From NCBI GenBank assembly GCA_002490525.1, contig DKUE01000037.1, forward strand, positions 62,014 through 126,013: 64,000 nt of DNA, written 5' to 3'. The DNA is from Ruminococcaceae bacterium UBA7212. GTDB lineage: Bacteria; Bacillota; Clostridia; Oscillospirales; Acutalibacteraceae. How positions within the stretch are numbered: the stretch's first letter is position 1; every line of letters begins with the position of its first letter. Under the pieces are notes generated by a model. That model was not told where the DNA came from. It saw only the letters and a program-made list of their open reading frames with translations, and made no database searches. This document shows positions 10,069 to 18,908 of the stretch, one piece after another. A program made the translations under genes and the position numbers.

Positions 10069-10206
10069 AAAGCGCCTCCAACTTTTTTCTATTCGCAGTA
10101 TGTGCGGTTGCTTATCTTGCTTGTAATCATAAGCACTGCTTGTTAACTGCATATGAACTGCTTTTTAAAAATCTGCATAAAAGTATGAACAAATTTCATT
10201 CGGCGT

Positions 10207-11727
10207 TTATTCCGGCTGTCGGGTCGGAATCGTGAAAGAAAACTCCACGAAATCTTCACCGTCACTTTGCGCATGGATTGTGCCGCCGTGCATTTCGATA
10301 ATCGTTTTACAGATATACAAGCCCAGACCCGCGCCCTTTACATCATAGCTTCTGGATTTATCCACCTTATAAAACCGTTCAAACACGCGAGAAAGCTCTT
10401 CTGAGGAAATTCCCGATGTACCCGTATTGCGAATGGCTACCGTGGTTTCTTCCGCTGTCTGCAAAACGCGCACGGCAATCATCCCGTTTTCCGTAAATTT
10501 CACGGCATTATCCACCAAATTGTAAATCACCTGATGCAGCATGTCGCGGTCCGCGTAAATCACTGTCGGCTGTAAGGTATCCAGTCCCGCAATTTCAATA
10601 TGCTTTTTATCAATAATCTGCTCAAAATTGAGCATTGTATTAAAAATTTCCTGACAAATATCAAACGGCTTCGGCTGCAGATGCAATTCGCCCGCCTCAA
10701 TTTTCGCCATATTGAGCATGGAAGTTACCAATCTGGACAGGCGTTTAGTCTCTGTAGAAACGATTTCCAGATAGTGCTTTTCCTGCTCGGGCGGAATTGT
10801 GCCGTCCAAAATCCCGTCGATAAATCCACCTATGGTCGTCATTGGTGTTTTCAGTTCATGTGATACATTCGCTACGAAGCTTCGTCTGGAGCTTTCCTGT
10901 ATTGCCAGAGATGCCGCCATACGGTTAAACGCCGCCGTCAGCTCCGACAACTCATCACTGCCGCTTACAGATACGCGCGGACTGAAATCGCCCATAGCAT
11001 ATGCCTTTGTCGCCTTATACATCTCCCGCAGGGGACGGGTCAAATTCACGGTAAACAGATAAATGACGATAAACCCAATAGCAAGCGCCATCAATGCCGC
11101 AAACAAAAACATACGCATGATGTTAAACACGAAGCCTTTAAAGCTACCGCCTGTCGGCTCTGCGGCAAATATGATACCCACAACCTGCCCGTTCACCGTA
11201 ACGGGCTCGGCGGCGACAATGTGTTCCTCCGTAAACATGCCGTCTAATTTGCCGCGCTCATAATATTGCCCGCACAGGGCGCTGTCCAGCACCGACTGCG
11301 GAATCTGATACTGTGCATGAATCGTGCACTCGCCGTTTTTCTGCACCTCAAAATTCGAGGATATCAGCTCCTTGCAAAGAATCACTTTGCCGTTTGGGTC
11401 GCATATAAACACATCTGCATCAATTGCTTCGGATACATTTGTCAGGTTGTTGCAGATAAACAGCACAGAACCCTGCGGTTCGTTTCGCAGCCAAGAGGAC
11501 AGCACTTCGGAAGTAGAGGCGGCCACACTTTTGGCATTTTCTTTCAAAAGAACCGCTTTTTGCGCCGTCCAGTAATTGGTGACAAACACACCGAGCGTCA
11601 GACCCAACACTAAAAAACAAATAAATACAATCAAGTTGAAAACCAAAAAGTATTTTACAAACAACGACTGATGGCTGAATTTTCGCCAAGCCTTTCGCAA
11701 AAGCGATTTTATTTTGCCGTCACGCAT
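10207..11727 (-). CDS. Sensor histidine kinase (two TM helices, extracellular loop, HAMP, HisKA, HATPase_c)
   Basis: H-box VSHELKTPMTTI, N box DNAVKF, G box GAGLGLYI. Confidence 0.85.
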   Translation of the reverse strand: MRDGKIKSLLRKAWRKFSHQSLFVKYFLVFNLIVFICFLVLGLTLGVFVTNYWTAQKAVLLKENAKSVAASTSEVLSSWLRNEPQGSVLFICNNLTNVSEAIDADVFICDPNGKVILCKELISSNFEVQKNGECTIHAQYQIPQSVLDSALCGQYYERGKLDGMFTEEHIVAAEPVTVNGQVVGIIFAAEPTGGSFKGFVFNIMRMFLFAALMALAIGFIVIYLFTVNLTRPLREMYKATKAYAMGDFSPRVSVSGSDELSELTAAFNRMAASLAIQESSRRSFVANVSHELKTPMTTIGGFIDGILDGTIPPEQEKHYLEIVSTETKRLSRLVTSMLNMAKIEAGELHLQPKPFDICQEIFNTMLNFEQIIDKKHIEIAGLDTLQPTVIYADRDMLHQVIYNLVDNAVKFTENGMIAVRVLQTAEETTVAIRNTGTSGISSEELSRVFERFYKVDKSRSYDVKGAGLGLYICKTIIEMHGGTIHAQSDGEDFVEFSFTIPTRQPE

Positions 11728-11732
11728 GCTTT

Positions 11733-12425
11733 TTATTCCTTTGTTTCAAATTTGTAGCCGACGCCCCAAACAGTTTTCAGCTCCCATTTTGCAGAAACGC
11801 CCTCTAACTTTTCACGAAGCCGCTTGACATGGACATCCACCGTGCGCGAATCTCCGTAGTAATCAAAGCCCCATACTTCGTCAAGAAGCTGGTCGCGTGT
11901 AAACACGCGGTTCGGATTGGAGGCCAAATGATATATCAGCTCCAGCTCCTTCGGCGGTGTATCCACAGCTGTGCCGTTGACCTTCATTTCATAGTTTGTC
12001 AAATTGACGCTCAGATTTTCAAAGTTCACTTCTTTTACGGCTTCGCCCGCCGCCGCAGAACCCGTACGGCGCAAAACCGCCTTGATACGGGCAACCATTT
12101 CTTTGGTGTCAAACGGCTTTGTCATATAATCGTCCGCGCCGAGTTCCAGTCCCAGCACCTTGTCAAAGGTTTCGCCCTTTGCGGTGAGCATGATAATCGG
12201 TTTGTCGGAAAATTTACGAATTTCACGACAGACCTGCCAGCCGTCCAATTTCGGCAGCATAATATCTAAAATCATCAAATCGGGATTTTCCTGTTTGAAT
12301 GCGTTCACTGCCGATACACCGTCATTCACAATTTTAACTGCATACCCTTCCTTTTCCAAATAAAGCCGCAGAAGCTCACAGATATTTTGGTCATCATCGA
12401 CCACTAAAATTTTTTCGTTTGGCAT
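11733..12425 (-). CDS. OmpR/PhoB-family response regulator
   Basis: Receiver domain (ILVVDDD, MILDIMLP) plus winged-helix output (VWGVGYKF). Start moved to MPNEK. Confidence 0.9.
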   Translation of the reverse strand: MPNEKILVVDDDQNICELLRLYLEKEGYAVKIVNDGVSAVNAFKQENPDLMILDIMLPKLDGWQVCREIRKFSDKPIIMLTAKGETFDKVLGLELGADDYMTKPFDTKEMVARIKAVLRRTGSAAAGEAVKEVNFENLSVNLTNYEMKVNGTAVDTPPKELELIYHLASNPNRVFTRDQLLDEVWGFDYYGDSRTVDVHVKRLREKLEGVSAKWELKTVWGVGYKFETKE

Positions 12426-12640
12426 ATTTTTCACCCTTCCGCACAACATGTGCATTTCCAATATGTATTTTAAAGGGAATTTGCAAATAGGTTATGAACA
12501 AAAAAGAAAGTGTTTGTAAAAATACCACCTAAACTTTGAAGAATACAGGATTTCAACTGCAAGAGCAAGCTCTCCCTCCGACATCAGAGGGAGAAAACAG
12601 GAATTGCATATTCTGCAAAAGATTAGGTGGTATTTCCATT

Positions 12641-13120
12641 TTATTTCAGCGATGCCAAAAGTCCGCCTTTTTGAATAATATTCTGAATAAAAGGCGGGAA
12701 CGGCTCCGCTTTAAAGGTTTCACCTGTGGTCACATCGGTAATAACGCCGCTGTCAAAATCCACTGCGACCTCATCGCCGTTTTGAATTGCCTCTCCCGCT
12801 TCGGGACATTCGAGAATCGGCAAGCCGATATTCAGCGCATTACGATAGAAGATACGTGCAAAATTCTTGGCAATTACGCAGGAAACGCCTGAAGCCTTGA
12901 TTGCAATCGGCGCATGCTCACGAGAAGAACCGCACCCGAAGTTTACGCCCGCCACCATAATATCACCCGTCTGCACCTTCCCGACAAAATCCTTGTCGAT
13001 ATCTTCCATGCAATGTGCCGCCAGCTCTTCGGGCTTTGCGGTATTGAGATAACGCGCGGGAATAATAACGTCTGTATCCACGTGGTCGCCGTATTTATGT
13101 ACTTTTCCCTGAATTTTCAT
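12641..13120 (-). CDS. leuD: 3-isopropylmalate dehydratase small subunit
   Basis: 159 aa. [15 protein letters not shown] and [10 protein letters not shown] motifs of the aconitase swivel domain. Confidence 0.85.
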   Translation of the reverse strand: MKIQGKVHKYGDHVDTDVIIPARYLNTAKPEELAAHCMEDIDKDFVGKVQTGDIMVAGVNFGCGSSREHAPIAIKASGVSCVIAKNFARIFYRNALNIGLPILECPEAGEAIQNGDEVAVDFDSGVITDVTTGETFKAEPFPPFIQNIIQKGGLLASLK

Positions 13121-13136
13121 AATCCGTACTGTCCTT

Positions 13137-14399
13137 TCAGTCTAATTCACACGGGCAGGAGATTTTACCTGTTACCGCGCTTGCCGCCGCCACAAAGGGA
13201 GAGGCAAGATATACTTCGCTCGTCGGATGCCCCATGCGCCCGACAAAGTTACGGTTCGTTGTTGAGACGGCGCGTTCTCCTGCCGCCAAAATACCCATAT
13301 GCCCGCCGAGGCACGGTCCGCAGGTCGGTGTAGAAACGATTGCGCCCGCCTCCACAAAAATCTTTGTAAGTCCTTCTTCAATACACTGCATATATACCGT
13401 TTGCGTCGCGGGAATTACAATACAGCGCACGCCGTCTGCAACCGTTCTGCCTTTCAAAACGGATGCCGCCGCACGCATATCCTCGATTCTGCCGTTGGTA
13501 CACGAACCAATAACCACCTGGTCAATCGGGATTTCATCAATTTCATCTACCGTGTGTGTATTTTCCGGCAAGTGCGGGAAAGAAACGGTCGGTTTCAGTT
13601 CGTCCAGATTGATTTCGATAACCTCATCATACTCTGCGTCCGCATCCGCTTCAAAAATCACCGGTTTGCGGTCGGTTCTGCCGGCCATGTAAGCAAGCGT
13701 TTTTTCGTCCACGGGGAAAATGCCGTTTTTTGCGCCGCACTCAATTGCCATGTTGGCAATGCAGAAGCGATCGTCCATAGAAAGATTCCGAATGCCGTCG
13801 CCTGTAAATTCCAAAGAACGGTACCGCGCGCCGTCCACACCGATTTTGCCGATTAAGTGGAGAATCACATCTTTACCGCTGACATACTTTTGGAAATTGC
13901 CTGTAATAACAATTTTTAAAGCCGACGGCACTTTAAACCATGCCTTGCCGGAAATCATCCCCGCCGCCATATCGGTAGAACCGACGCCTGTAGAAAATGC
14001 GCCGAGCGCACCGTAAGTGCAGGTATGGGAGTCCGCCCCAATCACGGTATCGCCGGAAATAACTAACCCTTTTTCAGGCAGAAGGGCATGCTCAATGCCC
14101 ATTTTGCCGACATCAAAGAAGTTTTTAATGCCGTATTCCTTTGCAAAAGTGCGCACCTGCTTGCAGTTTTCGGCGGATTTAATATCTTTATTGGGTGTAA
14201 AATGGTCCATAACCAATGCAATACGGTTATTGTCAAATACGTTTTCAAAGCCCTTGCTTTCCATTTCGTGAATTGCCACGGGAGAAGTGACATCATTGCC
14301 CATCACCAAATCGAGATTGACCTCGATTAACTGTCCCGCAGAAACACTGTCGAGCCCTGCGTGCGCGGCAAGGATTTTTTGTGTCATTGTCATTGCCAT
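13137..14399 (-). CDS. leuC: 3-isopropylmalate dehydratase large subunit
   Basis: 420 aa. Aconitase-family Fe-S cluster Cys motifs ([14 protein letters not shown]). Confidence 0.9.
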   Translation of the reverse strand: MAMTMTQKILAAHAGLDSVSAGQLIEVNLDLVMGNDVTSPVAIHEMESKGFENVFDNNRIALVMDHFTPNKDIKSAENCKQVRTFAKEYGIKNFFDVGKMGIEHALLPEKGLVISGDTVIGADSHTCTYGALGAFSTGVGSTDMAAGMISGKAWFKVPSALKIVITGNFQKYVSGKDVILHLIGKIGVDGARYRSLEFTGDGIRNLSMDDRFCIANMAIECGAKNGIFPVDEKTLAYMAGRTDRKPVIFEADADAEYDEVIEINLDELKPTVSFPHLPENTHTVDEIDEIPIDQVVIGSCTNGRIEDMRAAASVLKGRTVADGVRCIVIPATQTVYMQCIEEGLTKIFVEAGAIVSTPTCGPCLGGHMGILAAGERAVSTTNRNFVGRMGHPTSEVYLASPFVAAASAVTGKISCPCELD

Positions 14400-14413
14400 T
14401 AGAAATTGCTCCT

Positions 14414-14941
14414 TTACTCTGCGATACCGTTGATATTGGTGTCGCCTTTTTCAAGCGCGGTAAGACCCGAACGTGAAAGCTCTATAATCCCGTGCTTGGT
14501 CATTTTATCAATAAATTTGTCAATCAGCGACGGAAGACCCGTCAGCTCTGCCGTAATGGTGATGTGCCCGATATCCTTCACCTTTGCACCGAAACCGTTG
14601 ATGGTTTTTAAGACAGCGGTTCTTTGGCTGTTGGTCGCATGCACCTTAATGAGCAGGAGTTCGCTGGAAGTCAGCTTACCTTCATTGAGCTTGACGACTT
14701 TGATAACGTCCTCCAGCTTGGAAAGCTGCTGTTCCACCTGTAAAACCTTATAGGCTTCAACATCGGAAACTATCGTGACGCGCGAGTACAGCGGATTTTC
14801 CGTTTCCGCAACCGTTAGGCTTGTGATGTTGTAGCCGCGGCGTGCAAACAAGCTGACCACGCGCAGCAAGACACCTGTGCGGTTGTATACTAATGCGGAA
14901 AGGAAAAGTCTTTCTAAATTTTCATTTTTTTGTTCAGACAT
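14414..14941 (-). CDS. ilvN: Acetolactate synthase small (regulatory) subunit
   Basis: ACT domain start [26 protein letters not shown]. Start set at MSEQK, preceded by AGAGG. The longer track ORF overlaps galM. Confidence 0.85.
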   Translation of the reverse strand: MSEQKNENLERLFLSALVYNRTGVLLRVVSLFARRGYNITSLTVAETENPLYSRVTIVSDVEAYKVLQVEQQLSKLEDVIKVVKLNEGKLTSSELLLIKVHATNSQRTAVLKTINGFGAKVKDIGHITITAELTGLPSLIDKFIDKMTKHGIIELSRSGLTALEKGDTNINGIAE

Positions 14942-14954
14942 AACGTTAAACCTC

Positions 14955-16013
14955 TTATTCTGCGGAGAATTGATACACCGTGGTTGAAACAAACGGCTTT
15001 TCGGGTGTAAACAAACACGGCATGAATTCCGCATGATTGAGTGCGTCGGGGAAATACTGCGTTTCCAGACAGAACCCACAGCGGAAATGCAGAGGCTTGC
15101 CCGCCTTACCGATTTGCGTACCGTCCATATAGTTACCGATATAGAACTGCACACCGGGTAAATCCGTATAGCCGCGCATCACTCGCCCGCTCTTCGCCTC
15201 GCGTACAACCGCAAACAGCTGTTTTGTGCCGTCATACTTTTCGATGCGGAAATTGTGGTCAAAGCCTCTGCCGATTTTCAGCTGTTCGTCATCCGCGTTA
15301 ACATCTCTGCCGATTTTCTTCGGCATCCGAAAGTCAAACGGTGTGCCCTCGACAGCGCGAATTTCACCCGTCGGAATCGCATTTTCATCCGTGGGCGTAT
15401 AGGCATCGCACAACAGCTGGATTTCGTGTTCCAAAACCTGACCGCCGTCAAAGCCTTCCAAATTAAAATAGGCATGATTGGTCACATTGATTGCCGTCGC
15501 GCGGTCAGGGGTGCACACATACTGAATGGCAACAGCGTTTTCTTCGTCAAAGGAGAATATAACCTCGTTATGTACATTTCCCGGAAAGCCCTCGTTGCCG
15601 TCCTTGCTGTCATAGGTGAAACGGACGCTGTCCTCGCCTATAATTTCTGCATCCCAAACAGCTTTTGCATATTCGTGATTGCCGTGGAGCGTGAATTTGC
15701 CGTCCACATTTTTCGTAATCTGATAATTCTGTCCGTCAATCGTAATCCCCTTGCCCGCAATGCGGTTGGCAACTCTGCCGACGGTGCGCCCCTGTGAATC
15801 TGTGCAAAGTTCCTGCCCCGCCATAGTATCAAAGCCCACTAAAACGTCGGAAAGCTGACCGTTTTTGTCGGGCACGACAATTTTATTTAAGGTTGCGCCG
15901 TAAGCGACAAGCTCAATATATGCACCACTCGAATTGGTTATGGTAAACGACGGAACCGCCATACCGTCTGCGGTTGTGCCGTAAAGCGTCTGTATGATTT
16001 TCAACCTTTCCAC
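14955..16013 (-). CDS. galM: Aldose 1-epimerase (galactose mutarotase)
   Basis: 352 aa. Mutarotase pattern (VAYGATL..., HGNHEY..., FCLETQYFPDA). GTG start. Confidence 0.8.
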   Translation of the reverse strand: MERLKIIQTLYGTTADGMAVPSFTITNSSGAYIELVAYGATLNKIVVPDKNGQLSDVLVGFDTMAGQELCTDSQGRTVGRVANRIAGKGITIDGQNYQITKNVDGKFTLHGNHEYAKAVWDAEIIGEDSVRFTYDSKDGNEGFPGNVHNEVIFSFDEENAVAIQYVCTPDRATAINVTNHAYFNLEGFDGGQVLEHEIQLLCDAYTPTDENAIPTGEIRAVEGTPFDFRMPKKIGRDVNADDEQLKIGRGFDHNFRIEKYDGTKQLFAVVREAKSGRVMRGYTDLPGVQFYIGNYMDGTQIGKAGKPLHFRCGFCLETQYFPDALNHAEFMPCLFTPEKPFVSTTVYQFSAE

Positions 16014-16034
16014 CCCATTATAAGTATTTCAATA

Positions 16035-16064
16035 AGTATACTATTCTCCGATTGGATTTGTCAA
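16035..16064 (-). promoter_or_regulatory. Putative promoter of galM-ilvN-leuCD
   Basis: Minus strand TTGACA, 18 nt, TATACT. Confidence 0.4.
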
Positions 16065-16087
16065 GAAAGCACAGGGAAAAATGCAAG

Positions 16088-16115
16088 AAAAACCGCCTTT
16101 TTCAGGGCGGTTTTT
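16088..16115. terminator. Hairpin terminator
   Basis: AAAACCGCC / GGCGGTTTT stem with A- and T-runs on either side. Confidence 0.55.
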
Positions 16116-16148
16116 CCGTGAGCGATATAGGATATGAAATTTTTTGTA

Positions 16149-16352
16149 CTATTTATTTCTGTTTTTTACGATGATATAAATCAGACCGATATCAATTGAA
16201 GCGCCAATCACCCAGCTTGAAAAATGTTGCTCTCCTAATAGAAAAGCAAGTACCAATAGTAAACATATTACAACAACAATAATAAGCCAAAGCCATTCTC
16301 TCATAAGATCCCCCAAAGCTACATCCCAAGCGTATAATTCCGTGTACTCCAA
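16149..16352 (-). CDS. Small hydrophobic hypothetical protein (start uncertain, possibly the internal MREW at 16304)
   Basis: Two predicted TM helices. No homology recognised. A TGgTATAAT motif lies upstream. Confidence 0.3.
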   Translation of the reverse strand: MEYTELYAWDVALGDLMREWLWLIIVVVICLLLVLAFLLGEQHFSSWVIGASIDIGLIYIIVKNRNK

Positions 16353-16368
16353 AGCACTTAAGATTTGT

Positions 16369-16401
16369 GATTTCTTAGAGATTCGTGGGGTTATTATACC
16401 A
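16369..16401. repeat. 33-nt exact repeat, copy 1 (identical to 62222-62254)
   Basis: GATTTCTTAGAGATTCGTGGGGTTATTATACCA is identical letter for letter at both loci. Its reverse complement begins TGGTATAAT. Confidence 0.8.
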
Positions 16402-16481
16402 CATCCGCCAATGATTTATATGAAAATTTTATGATGGATACTTGGCTCTGTCGAACAGCCGAGACACATTTCCTGCAATTT

Positions 16482-16838
16482 CTATACAAACACCGCCGCA
16501 TTGGCACGGACGGGTTCGGCGGTCGTTTGAAATTCGGCGCAAACGGTTTGATTGCCCCACACCAAACGCAGACGCAAGGTACCGAACCGAACTTTGTCGG
16601 TCATATCCTTGCCGTTGACCGAAACGCTTTGTAATGTGCTGCCTTCGCCGTTCTCATAATTCGGCACGGCGCGGATACGCACGCTCTCAAACGGATGCAC
16701 GCGCAGTTTTTCTGCCTGCAAGTTGCCGTTGCCCGTCACTTGCAGCGTAATTTCAAAGGTAACGGTACAATAAAGGATGAGACACAAAGAAAAAATGAGA
16801 ATAAACGCCGCACATAAAATAAAAAACCGCCTTTTCAT
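16482..16838 (-). CDS. Hypothetical membrane-anchored protein
   Basis: Start at MKRRFFIL, 6 nt after AAAGGAG. N-terminal TM helix. No recognised domain. Confidence 0.5.
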   Translation of the reverse strand: MKRRFFILCAAFILIFSLCLILYCTVTFEITLQVTGNGNLQAEKLRVHPFESVRIRAVPNYENGEGSTLQSVSVNGKDMTDKVRFGTLRLRLVWGNQTVCAEFQTTAEPVRANAAVFV

Positions 16839-16932
16839 TGCTTGCTCCTTTTCTGTGATGGTATCGGTTTGTGATGTTTCGTGTGCAGGGGCGGATGACA
16901 CGCTCGCACATTTCAATCTGATGGAATTCTGC

Positions 16933-17015
16933 GGAACAACACAGAGGTTATTCCCTACGGATTCTCAAATTCACTGTGAGGGATGTGAGATTCTTCGCTG
17001 TCGCTCAGAATGACA
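16933..17015 (-). repeat. REP-like element, family A, full copy
   Basis: The minus strand reads ...GCGAAGAATCTC...GTAG-GGAATAAC-CTCTGT-GTTGTTCC. Homologous by eye to 37624-37706 and 36496-36562. Confidence 0.65.
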
Positions 17016-17122
17016 AATTTGCAGAATCCTAAAGAAACGGATTGTCTAATCTGCGCAGGAGATTTGTGTGCACACCCCCTGTCTCTTCTCGGAACGGCTT
17101 CTCGATTTCCCGTTCTAACATC

Positions 17123-17150
17123 TTGCAATCGATGAAAAAAATGGTATACT
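17123..17150 (+). promoter_or_regulatory. Putative promoter of the ABC exporter operon
   Basis: TTGCAA, 16 nt, TATACT, with TG at the extended -10 position. Confidence 0.45.
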
Positions 17151-17183
17151 ATTACCGAATATTTACAGGAGAAAGCTAACTGC

Positions 17184-18908
17184 ATGAAAAAGTACTATGC
17201 GCAGTACAAACTGCAATTTATTATGGGACCCGCCTTCAAGCTGGCGGAAGCGATTTTGGAGCTTTTGGTGCCGCTTGTGATGGCGCGCATCATTGATGTC
17301 GGCGTGAAAAACGGCGATGTGCCCTATATTTTAAAAATGGGCGGCGTTATGTTCCTGCTCGGCGCGGTCGGTTTGGGCTTTGCCGTCATCTGCCAATACA
17401 GCGCGGCAGTGGCACAGCAAGGTGTGGGTACGGCGCTTCGGCGGGATTTGTTCAAAAAAATCAACGAACTATCAGCATCCGACCGTGCGAAATTCTCGAA
17501 TGCCACATTGATTACACGCATTACAAACGATGTCAACCAAATACAGTCCGGCGTTGCCATGCTCATTCGCCTAATGTTCCGTTCCCCTTTTTTGATTGCG
17601 GGCTCGCTCGTCATGGCAATGGCACTGGATTTAAAAATGTCGGTTATCTTCTTTGTTGCCGGTTTCATTGTCAGCGGCGTGATGTATTATGTTCTGAGCC
17701 GTTCCTTGCCGCTGTACCGAAAAATCCAGAAAAAACTGGACGTACTTTCCCGCATTACGGGTGAAATGCTTTCGGGCGTGCGGGTTATCCGCGCATTCGG
17801 AAAAAACAGTCATGAAAAAAAGCGGTTCGGCGATGCAAATACAGATGTGACAAAAGTGTGTGTGCGTGTTGCAAAGCTGAATGCGTACTTGAATCCCCTC
17901 ACCTTTGCCGTCATCAATCTCGGCATTGTGGCAATTCTATATTTCGGCGGTAAAAATGTCGACCTCGGCAATTTCATGCAGGGTGAAGTCATTGCCTTTA
18001 CCAATTATATGACACAAATCTCACTTTCTATTATTGTATTTGCCAATGTTATTGTGGTTTTTACCAAAGCGGCGGCAAGCATTGACCGCGTCAAAGAAGT
18101 TTTGGAAACAGAAAGCTCTATGGCAGAAGGCAGACTCAGCACAGTGCACACAGAAGCGGAAACTGCAATTTCTTTTCGAAATGTCGGATTCTCCTTTACG
18201 GATTCCGAAGAACAAGTGCTTTCCGATATAAATTTGGAAATCCGAAAAGGCCAGACCGTCGGTATTATCGGCGGTACGGGATCCGGAAAGACCGCACTTG
18301 TCAATCTGATTTTGCGGCTGTATGACGCAAACAGCGGCGAGGTGCTTGTATGCGGAGAAAATGTAAAAAACTATACCTATAAAGCCCTGCGCGGCACAGT
18401 GCATATTGTTTCGCAGGGCAACAGGCTTTTTAAGGGCACAGTTCGCGAAAACCTGCTTTGCGGCAAAACAGATATTTCCGACATCGAATTGGAAACTGCA
18501 CTCACTGTTTCGCAAAGTGCGGAATTTGTCAAGAAGCTGCCCAAAGGCTTAGATACGGAAGTGGAAGAAGGCGGCAAAAACTTTTCGGGCGGACAGAAGC
18601 AGAGATTATCAGTTGCCCGCGCTTTGGTCGGCAATCCTGATATATTGATTTTAGACGATGCCTCAAGCGCACTTGATTATGCAACGGATGCAAAAATGCG
18701 GCGCGAAATTGCCGCGCTTTACAAGGAAAAAACCGTTATTTTGGTTTCCCAGCGCATCAGTTCCGTAAAATCGGCGGATAAAATCGTATTGATAGATGAC
18801 GGGCGCATCTGCGGCGAAGGCACACACGATGTGCTTTACCGTGAAAATGCACTGTACCGCGAAATCTGCGATTCTCAGCTTTCCGAAAGTGAGGGGACAG
18901 TCCAATGA
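17184..18908 (+). CDS. ABC exporter half-transporter (TMD-NBD), chain with a non-canonical Walker B
   Basis: 6-TM domain plus NBD. Walker A GGTGSGKT, signature FSGGQKQR, Walker B ILILDDA (Asp where the catalytic Glu is expected). Confidence 0.9.
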   Translation: MKKYYAQYKLQFIMGPAFKLAEAILELLVPLVMARIIDVGVKNGDVPYILKMGGVMFLLGAVGLGFAVICQYSAAVAQQGVGTALRRDLFKKINELSASDRAKFSNATLITRITNDVNQIQSGVAMLIRLMFRSPFLIAGSLVMAMALDLKMSVIFFVAGFIVSGVMYYVLSRSLPLYRKIQKKLDVLSRITGEMLSGVRVIRAFGKNSHEKKRFGDANTDVTKVCVRVAKLNAYLNPLTFAVINLGIVAILYFGGKNVDLGNFMQGEVIAFTNYMTQISLSIIVFANVIVVFTKAAASIDRVKEVLETESSMAEGRLSTVHTEAETAISFRNVGFSFTDSEEQVLSDINLEIRKGQTVGIIGGTGSGKTALVNLILRLYDANSGEVLVCGENVKNYTYKALRGTVHIVSQGNRLFKGTVRENLLCGKTDISDIELETALTVSQSAEFVKKLPKGLDTEVEEGGKNFSGGQKQRLSVARALVGNPDILILDDASSALDYATDAKMRREIAALYKEKTVILVSQRISSVKSADKIVLIDDGRICGEGTHDVLYRENALYREICDSQLSESEGTVQ

